Made by a program: the position numbers and the translations under genes
Notes under the pieces: model-generated
The model's input: the letters and a program-made list of their open reading frames with translations, nothing else
Databases searched by the model: none
Told to the model about the DNA's origin: nothing
In this document: in pieces, positions 10,085-20,061 of the stretch
Position numbering within the stretch: the stretch's first letter is position 1
Layout of the letters: each line of letters starts with the position of its first letter
Origin: an uncultured Acidobacteriaceae bacterium
GTDB lineage: Bacteria > Acidobacteriota > Terriglobia > Terriglobales > Acidobacteriaceae
Assembly: GCA_963790935.1 (NCBI GenBank)
Contig: CAWBRJ010000001.1
Coordinates: 69,313-133,312, forward strand
Direction of reading: 5' to 3'
DNA: 64,000 bases

Positions 10085-10960
10085 TTAAGTACGCTTAGCG
10101 GCCGCGAAGAGCTCGTCGAGCTTTTGCTCATAGGCCTGATAGCCGAGGAACTCATACAGTTCAGCGCGGGTTTGCATCAGGTTGAGCACACTGCTCTGCG
10201 TACCTTCGTTACGGATGGCATGGTACACCTTGAGGGCTGCGGCATTCATGGCGCGGTAGGCGGCGCAACAGTAGAGGACAATGTCCACCCCGGCCGCGCC
10301 CAGCTCCTTTGCTGTGTAGAGCGGGGTCTGTCCAAATTCCGTAATGTTGGCCAGGATGGGCACGCCGGCCGCCCGCTTGAATCGCGGATACATGGCCAGA
10401 TCGGTCACCGCCTCAGCAAAGATCATGTCTGCGCCGGCCGCAACGTAGGCGGCAACGCGATCGAGAGCGGCCTCGAGACCCTCGCCGGCCAGGGCGTCGG
10501 TACGAGCCATGATGACAAATTCCGGATCTGTGCGGGCGTCCACTGCAGCCTTGATGCGATCGACCATCTCCGCTGCGGGGACGAGTTCCTTCCCCGGCCG
10601 ATGGCCGCAACGCTTGCTCCCCACCTGGTCTTCCATGTGCACCGCCGCGGCTCCGGCGCGCTGCATGGAGCGGATGGTGCGGGCAATGTTGAATGCGCTT
10701 CCCCATCCGGTGTCGATATCCACCAGCAGGGGCAGGCTGGTGACATCGGTAATGCGGCGCACGTCGACCAGCACATCTTCCATGGTGCTGATGCCGAGGT
10801 CGGGCATGCCCAGCGAGTTGGCAGCGACTCCACCGCCGGACAGGTACAGTGCGCGAAAGCCCGTAGCCTGCGCCATGCGCGCCGTGTAGGCGTTGATGGC
10901 GCCAATCACTTGCAATGGATGCTCCTGCTGAACGGCGGAGCGGAAGCTTTCAGTGCCCAC
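10085..10960 (-). CDS. prpB: Methylisocitrate lyase
   Basis: 291 aa, GTG start. [12 protein letters not shown] active-site loop of the isocitrate-lyase/PEP-mutase family. First gene of the operon. Confidence 0.9.
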   Translation of the reverse strand: MGTESFRSAVQQEHPLQVIGAINAYTARMAQATGFRALYLSGGGVAANSLGMPDLGISTMEDVLVDVRRITDVTSLPLLVDIDTGWGSAFNIARTIRSMQRAGAAAVHMEDQVGSKRCGHRPGKELVPAAEMVDRIKAAVDARTDPEFVIMARTDALAGEGLEAALDRVAAYVAAGADMIFAEAVTDLAMYPRFKRAAGVPILANITEFGQTPLYTAKELGAAGVDIVLYCCAAYRAMNAAALKVYHAIRNEGTQSSVLNLMQTRAELYEFLGYQAYEQKLDELFAAAKRT

Positions 10961-11008
10961 GATGTTCCCTTCTCAAACTAGATCCTAAATGGGTAGACTC
11001 GCCTTGCT

Positions 11009-11716
11009 ATGAATAAAGTCTTTTCCAACCCCGACGACGCCGTCGCCGATATCCCGGCGGGGGCGACTGTGATGCTGGGGGGGTTCGGCCTTTGCGGCAT
11101 TCCCGAGAACTCGATTGCCGCCCTGGTGCGGCGCGGGGTGACGGGTCTGCACACCATCTCAAACAACATGGGTGTGGACGGGTTTGGCCTCGGGCTGATG
11201 CTGGAGGCGGGCATGATCGCTTCCCACATCGGCAGCTACGTGGGCGAAAACGCGCTGCTGGAGAAATTGGTCATTGCCGGCACACTCAAGGTCACGCTGG
11301 TTCCGCAGGGCACGCTTGCTGAGCGCATCCGCGCGGGCGGAGCCGGCATCCCCGCCTTCTACACCCCCACCGGCGTGGGCACCCTGGTCGCTGAGGGCAA
11401 AGAGCAGCGCACGTTCGATGGACGTGACTATGTGCTGGAGACAGCGCTCAAAGCAGATTTCGCGCTGGTGAAGGCCTGGAAGGGGGACCGCCAGGGCAAC
11501 CTGATCTATCGCCGGACGGCACGCAATTTCAACCCCATGATGGCCACCGCCGCGCGCATCACCATCGCCGAAGTGGAGGAGCTGGTAGAGCCCGGCGAAC
11601 TCGATCCCGACGCGATCATGACCCCGGGGATCTATGTCAAACGCATCTTCAAGTGCACCTCGTGCGAGAAGCGTATCGAGCGCCGGACGGTGAGGAAGAC
11701 CAATGCAGGAGATTGA
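11009..11716 (+). CDS. CoA-transferase subunit A (3-oxoacid CoA-transferase family I)
   Basis: 235 aa. [16 protein letters not shown] motif. Divergent from prpB across only 48 bp. Confidence 0.88.
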   Translation: MNKVFSNPDDAVADIPAGATVMLGGFGLCGIPENSIAALVRRGVTGLHTISNNMGVDGFGLGLMLEAGMIASHIGSYVGENALLEKLVIAGTLKVTLVPQGTLAERIRAGGAGIPAFYTPTGVGTLVAEGKEQRTFDGRDYVLETALKADFALVKAWKGDRQGNLIYRRTARNFNPMMATAARITIAEVEELVEPGELDPDAIMTPGIYVKRIFKCTSCEKRIERRTVRKTNAGD

Positions 11717-12347
11717 GAAGCGCAACCGCATCGTGAAACGCGTGGCCCAGGAGCTGCGTGACGGCTTTTACGTCAACCTGGGCATCGGCATGCCAACGCT
11801 GGTCGCCAACCATGTTCCTCCGGGTATCGAAGTAGTGCTGCAATCGGAGAACGGCATGCTTGGGATCGGGCCCTATCCTCTGGAGGAAGAGCTGGACCCC
11901 GACCTGATCAACGCCGGCAAGGAGACGGTTTCCGTCCTGCCCGGGACGTCCTTCTTTTCCAGCGCCGATTCCTTCGCCATGATCCGCGGAGGCCACATCA
12001 ACCTCAGCATCCTGGGCGCGATGGAGGTCGACGCCAAGGGGAGCCTGGCGAACTGGATCATCCCCGGCAAAATGGTCAAGGGCATGGGCGGCGCAATGGA
12101 CCTGGTAGCCAGTGCACAGCGCGTCATCGTCGCCATGGAGCATACGACGCGGGACGGCCGACCGAAAATCCTCAATGCTTGCAGATTGCCGCTGACCGGG
12201 GTGGGCGTAGTCGATTCCATCGCGACTGAGTTGGCGTGGATCAACGTAACCCCTGCGGGCCTGGTACTAGAGGAAATTGCCCCCGGAGTTTCGGTCGCCG
12301 AGGTACAGGCGGCGACGGAGGCTCCGTTGATGGTTAGCCCAGCTTAA
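11703..12347 (+). CDS. CoA-transferase subunit B (3-oxoacid CoA-transferase family I)
   Basis: 214 aa. Overlaps subunit A by 14 nt. [13 protein letters not shown] and the SENGMLG catalytic-Glu motif. Confidence 0.88.
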   Translation: MQEIEKRNRIVKRVAQELRDGFYVNLGIGMPTLVANHVPPGIEVVLQSENGMLGIGPYPLEEELDPDLINAGKETVSVLPGTSFFSSADSFAMIRGGHINLSILGAMEVDAKGSLANWIIPGKMVKGMGGAMDLVASAQRVIVAMEHTTRDGRPKILNACRLPLTGVGVVDSIATELAWINVTPAGLVLEEIAPGVSVAEVQAATEAPLMVSPA

Positions 12348-12363
12348 AATCAATCAGTTGAAA

Positions 12364-13115
12364 TCACTCGAGAGTGTTGCCGCCGTTGACTGAGATCTTC
12401 TGCCCAGTGATGAATCTCCCCGACTCACCGGCGAGAAAGGCGACTGTATTGGCCACGTCTTCGGCCGTTCCCATATGCTTCATGGGCACTCTTTCGGTGT
12501 AGGAGTGCATCTCAGCCTCGGTTGAATGCAGGTGGCGCTCGGTGGGGATCCAGCCTGGAGCGATCAGGTTCACAGTAATGCCGGTGGGGCCAGTTCGCGG
12601 GCCCAGGATCGCGTCTGCCCTAACTGCGCGCCTTTGGCCGCTACGTAATTGGCGAACATGGGATTGCCGATCTCGAATACTTCGCTCCCGATTTGAATGA
12701 TTCTGCCGAAACCGCGGCTCTTCATGCCGGCGACCACTTCCTTCAAAATGAGCAGGGGCGATTTTACGAAAAACTCCAGCTGGTCCAGGTATCGTTCCCA
12801 GGTTTGCTCTTCAATGGTCAGAAACGGTTGCGGACCGGTCGCATTCATGACCGCGATGTCGATGTGCTGATAGGTCTGGTTGACGGCCTGGATCATTTTC
12901 GCGACGTCTGCTTCCTGGCGCACATCCGCATAGAAGGCAGCCGCTTCCCCGCCCTGCTGCTTGATCTGCGCGCAGACTTGCTCGGCACGGTCACGTTTGG
13001 CGAAATAATTGACCGCAACCTTGGCGCCCCTGGCGCCAAGTTCCAACGCAATCGCCGCGCCCAGACCCCGCGAAGCGCCCGTAACCAGAGCCGTTCGGCC
13101 CTCTAGAGTTTTCAT
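12364..13115 (-). pseudogene. SDR (FabG-like) oxidoreductase interrupted by one frameshift (apparent 1-nt deletion near 12585-12592)
   Basis: ORF 12570..13115 carries the N-terminus (TALVTGASRGLGAAIA..YVAAKGA..WARELAPP then stop). ORF 12364..12573 carries the C-terminus (NLIAPGWIP..VAFLAGESGRFITGQKISVNGG). Reading cgc gaa ctg|ggc ccc acc ggc att act gtg aac restores ARELGPTGITVNLIAPG. The sequence has ctggcccc where ctgggcccc is needed. Confidence 0.85.
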
Positions 13116-13208
13116 GTCTAAGAAACGCTAAGCGAGGAGTGTCGTCGTGTCAAACCAGTGGTTCGCTTGGCGCTTCCGCGGAATTTTTTGTATCGGGGGC
13201 GAGGCGCA

Positions 13209-13712
13209 CTGCAGATCCCTCCACTGCGCTCCTACGGAGCTCCGTTCGGGATGACAAGGGGAGGGCGGATACGTTCCGGAAGAGCCGCGACTCGGATGGA
13301 CAGAGTTAGGAGCCGCTACTCCGCGAAAACTGCAGATCCCTCCACTGCGCTCCTGCGGAGCTCCGTTCGGGATGACAAGGGGAGGGCGGATACGTTCCGG
13401 AAGAGCCGCGACTCGGATGGACAGAGTTAGGAGCCGCTACTCCGCGAAAACTGCAGATCCCTCCACTGCGCTCCTGCGGAGCTCCGTTCGGGATGACAAG
13501 GGGAGGGCGGATACGTTCCGGAAGAGCCGCGACTCGGATGGACAGAGTTAGGAGCCGCTACTCCGCGAAAACTGCAGATCCCTCCACTGCGCTCCTGCGG
13601 AGCTCCGTTCGGGATGACAAGGGGAGGGCAGATACGCTCCGGAAGAGCCGCGACTTGGATGGACAGAGTTAGGAGCCGCTACGCCGCGAAAACTGCGGAT
13701 CGCTCCACTGCG
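13209..13712. repeat. Tandem array of a 121-bp unit, 4 full copies plus a partial fifth
   Basis: Unit ctgcagatccctccactgcgctcctgcggagctccgttcgggatgacaaggggagggcggatacgttccggaagagccgcgactcggatggacagagttaggagccgctactccgcgaaaa. Copies start at 13209, 13330, 13451 and 13572, with a partial copy at 13693. Copies 2 and 3 are identical by eye; copies 1, 4 and the partial one carry a few substitutions. There are no unique spacers. Confidence 0.95.
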
Positions 13713-13752
13713 TAATGAGCGTATTGTGCGTAAGGAGTGGGGATCGGATTAC

Positions 13753-13860
13753 GGGGAAAGTGTGCGCCTTATGCGCCTTATGCGCCCTAAGCGCCTTAAG
13801 GGTCGGCTCGGCCCGGGGAAAGTGTGCGCCTTATGCGCCCTAAGCGCCTTAAGGGTCGGC
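13753..13860. repeat. Near-tandem direct duplication (about 46-55 bp x2) that includes the last 12 nt of the DUF3987 CDS
   Basis: Copy 1 (13753-13807) is ggggaaagtgtgcgccttatgcgccttatgcgccctaagcgccttaagggtcggc. Copy 2 (13815-13860) is the same minus one cttatgcgc unit. The copies are separated by tcggccc. Confidence 0.9.
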
Positions 13861-15243
13861 ATCGACGTTAACCGAGACTTTGGCCCATACAGTGGAAGAG
13901 CGGCCAGGGCCGGGCGAAGTATCGCAACTTAGCTGGCCGAGGCCGGCTAGTTGTTCGAGGGCCAGATCGATGCGCTCCTTACTTACATGGCGGTTGAAGA
14001 GGCCTCTGATTTGGGTCCTGCTCAGGCCTTGGGGGTTCACGTCAAGGGCCTGGCTGATGCGGCGAGCGGTTGGATCGATGGGTGCGGTGTCGAAGAAAAG
14101 GCGGGCACTGGCGCGGCAGTAGTCCCACACGGCCAGAGCAGCCTGAAGATGGCAGGGCTCGACGCTCAGGCTGCAATCCAGGGCGGCGTAGATGGTACTG
14201 AGGCGCAGCACCTGAGCTTCGGCGCGGCTGGTGGCGGCGCCGTATACGTCAGGGCGCCCCTGACTCAAATGGCCATAGTGATGGTTCCACATTTCCTGAG
14301 CTTGTGGACTGCGTTGGAAGACAGCCGTGGGCTGGGAGTGGATCCAGTCCAGTGCACGGCGCAGCTCCCGGGCCAAGGCGGACTGCTCCTGGGGCGGGAG
14401 ACTTCCTCCGTTGGGGAGAGATTGGCTGCGGTGCACGCTGGTCCAGAGGCAACGGTTGGCAAAGCCGTTGTGAGCCTCACTTCGGCTCAGGTGGTGGAGG
14501 AGTTCACTTTGGGTGAGGTGAGCGATGAGGCTTATGTGCGCGCCAGTGGCCTGGACGGGCCGGTGGCCATCGTGGGCGGAAAGATCGCCGCCATCCCAAG
14601 CGCAACGAAGCAGAGGAGAGAGCTGCGCGGTCTCGCGGCCGAGCAGATGGAGGACGGAGCCGAACTCCTCCAAGAGGAACAAGAGGCGACGATCGGTGGC
14701 AGGTTGTTGATCTCTCAGGGCATGGAGAATGGAGTTGGCTGTGGGGCGATGGGTGGTGACGCGGTGCGCGGCCCAGAGGCTGTCGACTTCGGAGAAGAGG
14801 GCGGCGACCTGGCGCCAGCTTGTTCCTTTGCGGGCCTTGCTCGATTCGCCTACGAGGATAACGAAGAGATTGAGACCATGACGGGTGGGGCCGACAAGGG
14901 AATGGGGCTCGGGGCCAGCGAGATTGCCGAAGGCGGCGAGGAACTGCAAGAGAATGGCCACGGGATCGGCCTCGCTGTGTGGGGCAAGACTGCGAAGGAC
15001 GAGGCCGGCAACACCATGGAGAGCGGGATCGGCGAGCATGGGCGTCTCGGCGGAGGAGGATCCAGTCAAGGCTTGAGCAGGCGGCTCGGGACCCAAGGCG
15101 ACTGGTTCCGCCGAGGACTCTTCGAGCGGGAGGGGACCCACGGGCCCGGCGGTCGATTGCGGCACCGGCTCAAGACCTAATAGTTCGCGGTGGCGGCGTT
15201 GAACAGCAGCAAACCTGCTCCATGCGTTATCTGGCGTGGTCAT
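13849..15243 (-). CDS. DUF3987-like protein (P-loop protein usually found in integrative elements and phage primase modules)
   Basis: 464 aa, ATG with GGAG upstream. ADPVAILLQFLAAFGNLAGPEPHSLVGPTRHGLNLFVILVGESSKARKGTSW resembles the conserved DUF3987 core as I remember it. No integrase, primase or excisionase is adjacent. Confidence 0.6.
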   Translation of the reverse strand: MTTPDNAWSRFAAVQRRHRELLGLEPVPQSTAGPVGPLPLEESSAEPVALGPEPPAQALTGSSSAETPMLADPALHGVAGLVLRSLAPHSEADPVAILLQFLAAFGNLAGPEPHSLVGPTRHGLNLFVILVGESSKARKGTSWRQVAALFSEVDSLWAAHRVTTHRPTANSILHALRDQQPATDRRLLFLLEEFGSVLHLLGRETAQLSPLLRCAWDGGDLSAHDGHRPVQATGAHISLIAHLTQSELLHHLSRSEAHNGFANRCLWTSVHRSQSLPNGGSLPPQEQSALARELRRALDWIHSQPTAVFQRSPQAQEMWNHHYGHLSQGRPDVYGAATSRAEAQVLRLSTIYAALDCSLSVEPCHLQAALAVWDYCRASARLFFDTAPIDPTARRISQALDVNPQGLSRTQIRGLFNRHVSKERIDLALEQLAGLGQLSCDTSPGPGRSSTVWAKVSVNVDADP

Positions 15244-15767
15244 ATAAGGACTCCATTACGGTTTGGATTTCTGGATAAGTCGCGGTAAGTCGTTTTTGTG
15301 AAGTTACCGGTAACCTTTTCCGAAGGTGACTCAGCTGGATTAGGCTACAGCTGCTGCGGATGGGAATGGCCGGCGTGGTAAACGAATTCGTGCCCGATAC
15401 GCATGTTGAGCGTGGGATTTTGCCGGCGGTTATGGGCAGCGGGATTCGGCAGCACCGACGGGTGGGGGCGCGAACTGCTGACTGATTGACGTAGACGTCG
15501 TATTTCTTCACGCCGTATAGATGCAGGTTGAGGTGATTTCATTACCTCCAACCAGGATTTATTTTCGAGGTATCGAGAACCTCGCTCAAAATCCGCATCG
15601 CTAACATCTCAGGAATTTCGGAACCAGAGGGAGTAACCCTAATCGCAGATATGGTGTTTGTCCCTCAATTCTCAAGAATGGGTGCAAAACAACATCACTG
15701 CGGCCTGGGCAACATCGGGCACGTCTGAAACCTAGCAGCACAGTCGCTTGCTGTCTTGGAGATAAAC

Positions 15768-16294
15768 ATGCCGCGCCACTTCCCGAAACTCGTCGTCGGC
15801 TTCTTGCTCATAGCGGGTCTCGCCGCCCCGGCTCAGATCATCCGGCTCAGCACGCCGAAGAAGAGCTCCGCCGACGTCGGAGTCAACTCCGTCCAGGCTC
15901 CGTCCCAACCCCGCTGCTCAACGGGAAAAAAGCATTCATCTCCTACGAGCTCGGCGACGTCACCGCGTTTCCCGACGCCTACAGCGGAGGCCCAGAACGC
16001 GCTTACGGTGAGTTCTACTCCGCCATGAAGAGTTGGAACCGCTACGATCTCGTCGCCGATCCAAACGACGCCGACATCGTCTTCGCGGTGCGCTTCGTAG
16101 ACCCGCCAAACACCGTCCCCCAGATCCGCATCGGCGTCGCCGACGCCAAGACGCACATCACCCTATGGGGCTTCGTCGAGCAGGTCGACTTCAAGTTTCG
16201 CAAGAAGAACCGCGATGCCGCCTTCACCGCCTCAGTCAAGCTCCTGGTCGCCGACATCCAGACCCTGATCGCGCCTCCGCCCGCAAATCCTTAA
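15768..16294 (+). pseudogene. Small secreted protein of unknown function, split by one frameshift (about 15880-15915)
   Basis: Signal peptide MPRHFPKLVVGFLLIAGLAAPAQ in frame 0 (ORF 15756..16028). The frame of ORF 16025..16294 is open and protein-like further upstream (VPTPLLNGKKAFISYELGDVTAFPDAYSGGPERAYGEFYSAMKSWNRYDLVADPNDADIVFAVRF) but has no start or signal peptide of its own. Confidence 0.6.
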
Positions 16295-16348
16295 TGTCAA
16301 CCAAAGCACTGAAGCCCAGGGAAGTTCGGCGTCGAGTACGGATCTGCT

Positions 16349-17265
16349 CTACCACGGATCAAGGACAACAAAACGATCGGCGTAGCTGATGAAGACGCGC
16401 CGGAAGAGTACTGTGGTCAGCAGTCCATCTTCCCTGGAGGTTAAGGCATTTTCCGCGGAGCCTGCTGGCACCGCGAAGGATACTTGCTGAATGTTGAGTG
16501 AGCCGATCTGCATGCTCTGTGGGGGTAAGATCGAAAACTCTCGTTTCACCCCATCTCCCCAAAGCCGTGCGCTGCCCGGCTTCGAGCAATCCGGGAGCCA
16601 GATGTGCGGCATGGTTGAAAAGGAACGGTGCATTCGCGCCGGAATCCAGCGTCAGCAGCAACTGCCGCGCCGCCGAAGCCGGAAAGATGAACCGGGATGA
16701 TGAGCAGCGTGGTCAAGGGTACTTCGTCTGGCGTCTGAGGTGGTGTCACCAACGCGATGTGCCCTCCTTTCACGGCTGCCTGCATCACCTTGGTGTCGTC
16801 GAGGCAAAGCATGCTGTGCGCGTAGTCCATCAGCACGTCGAAATGCCCCAGAAAATCCCCTCCGATAATGCCTCGAAAGTGGAGATCGGCTGCCTGCAGA
16901 GGCTGGAGGTCCTGCACCACAACGGGATCGTTTGCAACCGAGTGCGAGCCGGCTTCCAGCAAGTCCAGATACGCAAATGAAGCATGCGTACTGAAACCGA
17001 CACCGACGACCTCAGCCGGCCCTTGGGTCTTCAGGTGAAGTTCGGTTGCCAGCAATGGATCCACGATCGTGAACCCGGTGCCTGTATCCAGCAGAAATGG
17101 GTAGGGGCCGGTATGGTTAATGACTACCGGCAGAATGATTCGGTAACGCTGGACGAGGTGGAAGGGTAGACTGGCAATATTTCCCGGGCAGCGTGGTTGT
17201 GAGTGAAGTGTGGGCAGGGTTATGGCGGCGAGACTGATGGAAGCTAAGCACTTGATAAGCGACAT
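16349..17265 (-). pseudogene. Two-domain retropepsin-like (clan AA) aspartyl protease, secreted, interrupted by two frameshifts
   Basis: ORF 16546..17265 has a signal peptide and FLLDTGTG. ORF 16359..16661 has LLLTLDSGANAPFLF, a second DSG-type lobe. ORF 16349..16633 carries the plausible C-terminus (REFSILPPQSMQIGSLNIQQVSFAV..RRVFISYADRFVVLDPW). Frame changes lie near 16665-16690 and 16555-16590. Confidence 0.7.
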
Positions 17266-17366
17266 TGGCGATCACCTCAGCCGGGTTGGCTGGGTGAACT
17301 CTCTGCGCGTGGCTCTGCATGGTCATGATGGGCTCCTGATCATTCCCTAAAGCGGGTGATGAATTC

Positions 17367-19767
17367 ATGACGGAGCATAAGTGCTTTGTTTTCACCTTCG
17401 CGGATGTGGAGGTGCGAGAACGCGAGTTCTCCATCGTTAAGGCAGGCGAGTTGTTGCCGGTCGAGCCGAAAGCCTTTCGAGTCCTGCTCTTCCTGCTTCG
17501 CAGTCCCCATCGATTGATCACAAAAGACGAGCTTCTCGATGCGGTCTGGAGCGATTGCGCCGTTTCCGACAATTCGCTCACCCGCAGTGTTGCGCTGCTT
17601 CGGCGGTTGCTGGGGGACGATACGCACGAGCCCCGCTACATCGCCACCGTGCCCACCGTCGGGTATCGCTTCCTCTGCGATGTGAAGGTTGTGGAGGACG
17701 GTTTCGCCGGGCCGAATGCGGCTGGTTTGCCCCAACCGCAAGACAACGATGAAGTTGCGCCACTACAGGGAACGCCTGGTGTGGAAGCCACTCCGCATCG
17801 CCCTAGCGATCCTCTGGGAGCTGCACTTGCAGCGGGCGGGACGCCGAAACGCTGGAAAGTGATTGTTCCCGCTGCCGCGACTGTGCTGGCGTGCTTCGTC
17901 GCCGGTTACTTCTATCTTCACCGGGCACATCACGGCACGCCGATACTCACGGATAAGGACACCATCGTCCTAGCTGACTTCACGAATACCACGGGCGAAT
18001 TGGTCTTCGACGACACGCTGAAGCAGGGACTTTCGATACAACTTGAGCAATCTCCCTTTCTCGACCTCGTTTCCGAGCGCAAGGTGAATGAGACCTTGAG
18101 GTTGATGGGCCGTCCCGCCGGTGACCGCTTGACCCCCGAGGTCACGCGCGAAGTTTGCCAGCGCACGGCCAGCAAGGCCATGCTGACTGGCTCGATTGCC
18201 AGGCTGGGCAGTCAGTACGTGATTGGCTTAAGAGCGGTGGCCTGCAACACGGGCGACATGCTGGCGGAAGCGCAGCAGCAAGCAGCGGGCAAGGAAGCGG
18301 TGCTCAAGGCTCTCGACAATGCGGCGATCAGCTTGCGCGACAAGCTGGGCGAATCGCTCAGCTCGGTACAGAGATACGCCACGCCCTTGGAGGAGGCGAC
18401 CACGCCATCGCTGGAGGCGCTAAAGGCCTACAGCCTGGGGCGGAAGACGTTTTTTGCCAGAGGGTACACCGCCGAGCTGCCGTTCCTCAAGCGGGCGGTG
18501 GAACTCGACCCAAATTTCGCCATAGCCTACCGGGCCATGTCGATCGTGTACGGCGCCCTCAGCGAGCCAGGGCGGGAGACCGAGAATATCCGCAAGGCTT
18601 ACGAACTGCGGGAAAAGGTCAGCGAGCGGGAGCGGTTCTACATCGAGGCAAACTACTACTGGACTGGGACGGGAGAACTGGAGAAGGCGGTGACCGCATA
18701 CGAGCTGTGGCGTCAGACCTATCCCAGGGACCAGGCGCTTTACGACCACCTGGGATCTATTTACAGAAATCTTGGAAACCCGGAAAAGGCATTGGAGGAG
18801 GCCCGCGAGGCAGTGCGCCTGGAGCCAAACTCTGCGTCCAACTACGAGGTCCTCGGCACCGACTGCATGAGCCTCGACCGGCTGGATGAGGCGGAAGCGG
18901 TGTTCAAGCAAGCTGAGGAGCGCAGGCTGGAGAGCGAGTGGTTGGTTGTACTCCGCTACCAGTTGGCCTTCCTGACGGGTGATGCGGGGCAGATGGCGCA
19001 GTTGGCCTCCGCCGCCATGGGCAAGCCGGGCACAGAAGACCTGATGCTGGAGTGCGCAAGCGAACACGGAGGCCTGGTACGGGCGATTGAAGGCCGCACG
19101 CGAATTAACTCGCCGGGCGACGGATTCAGCTCAGCACAACGACGCCAAAGAAGCCGCCGCAGCCTATCTGGCACAGGGAGCGCTACGCGAGGTGGAATCG
19201 GGCAACCGGGAGCAGGCGCGTGCCGATGCCGATGCTGCCGTGAAGCTGGCCCCGAACCGCTACGTGCGGGCAATGGCGGCACTGGCCCTGGCTCGGGCAG
19301 GCGATACGGCAAGGGCGGAGAAGCTGGCGGCCCAACTCGACCAGACCTTCCCGCTGGACACGCTGGTCCAGAGGTATTGGCTGCCTACGATCCGGGCGGC
19401 TGTCGCCTTACAGCGCAAAGATCCGAACCGGGCGGTCGAACTACTGCGGGTGGCGAGCGCGATAGAACTGGGGGGCGAAGGCAACCGATTATTCCCGGTC
19501 TATTTGCGTGGCGAAGCCTATCTTGTGCTCCATGACGGAAATCGGGCGGCAGCAGAATTTCAGAAGTTCATCGACCATCACAGCCTGATGGGGAACTTCG
19601 CATGGGGCGCACTGGCTCACTTGCAACTCGGCAGAGCGTTTGCTTTGTCGGGAGATAAGATCAAGGCAAAGACTGCCTACCAGGATTTCCTCACGCTCTG
19701 GAAGGATGCCGACCCCGATATCCCCATCCTGAAAGAAGCCAAGGCAGAATACGCCATCCTGCAGTGA
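17367..19767 (+). pseudogene. Winged-helix (OmpR/CadC-type trans_reg_C) transcriptional regulator with one TM segment and a large TPR-like periplasmic domain, one frameshift near 19055
   Basis: N-terminus FADVEVREREFSIVKAGELLPVEPKAFRVLLFLL..LLDAVW..TVPTVGYRF. TM segment WKVIVPAAATVLACFVAGYFYL. ORF 17367..19535 turns into low-complexity out-of-frame sequence after ..DLMLECAS. ORF 19087..19767 continues as (ANTEAWYGR)LKAARELTRRATDSAQ..TPR..EAKAEYAILQ. Confidence 0.8.
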
Positions 19768-19825
19768 GCGACCATCGGAGCCCCTTGCGGGCGTTTCGAT
19801 CCAGCGGCAATTCCGTATCCGTAGT

Positions 19826-19912
19826 GCCTGTAAAGTCTCGTTATCGATAAGTTCCATCAGCCAGGGCGCGGCGCGGTCAAGTTAATATGAAAATCCCGTT
19901 TCACGGGAAGGT
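19826..19912. repeat. Copy 1 of an imperfect direct repeat of about 85 nt (partner at 20764-20850)
   Basis: gcctgtaaagtctcgttatcgataagttccatcagccagg..caagtta..aaaatcccgtttcacgggaagg aligns by eye with the partner in blocks (23/31, 8/8, 7/7, 12/12 matches) around two variable patches. Confidence 0.75.
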
Positions 19913-20061
19913 GGCTGTAGTGATCAATATGAATCTTGAAGCGCGGGGCCGGAAGGCTGGACAAACCAAGCCTTGCTCACGTGTTTTGCACGCTTGGCAG
20001 CGTGACCGTAGATATCCTTTCAATCGAGGGTCCGTCGAACCTCCCAGAGGAGATCATCGCC

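Noticed and set aside
10961-11008. A regulator binding site or palindrome in the 48-bp prpB/CoA-transferase divergent region
   Set aside because: No clear inverted or direct repeat is visible in gatgttcccttctcaaactagatcctaaatgggtagactcgccttgct. I could not support a site call.
13209-13712. Could the 121-bp array be a CRISPR array?
   Set aside because: The units abut directly with no unique spacers. The period (121 bp) is far longer than repeat+spacer units with conserved repeats only. No cas genes are in the window.
13951-15180. 409-aa plus-strand ORF antisense to the DUF3987 gene. Similar long antisense ORFs lie at 9911..10981, 36242..37168, 29836..30714, 55876..57024, 49234..49944 and 62622..63338.
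   Set aside because: All lie opposite genes with clear family motifs. They are Arg/Gly/Ala-rich low-complexity sequence with no recognisable motifs. They are the usual stop-poor antisense frames of GC-rich DNA.
15244-15767. tRNA or tmRNA integration target next to the DUF3987 gene
   Set aside because: I could find no cloverleaf-compatible segment and no GTTCGAATC-type T-loop with matching acceptor stems. tRNAscan-SE would be decisive.
13116-15767. An intact prophage or integrative element
   Set aside because: Only one element-associated gene (DUF3987) is present. There is no integrase, excisionase, primase, capsid or conjugation gene, and no flanking att repeats spanning the region.
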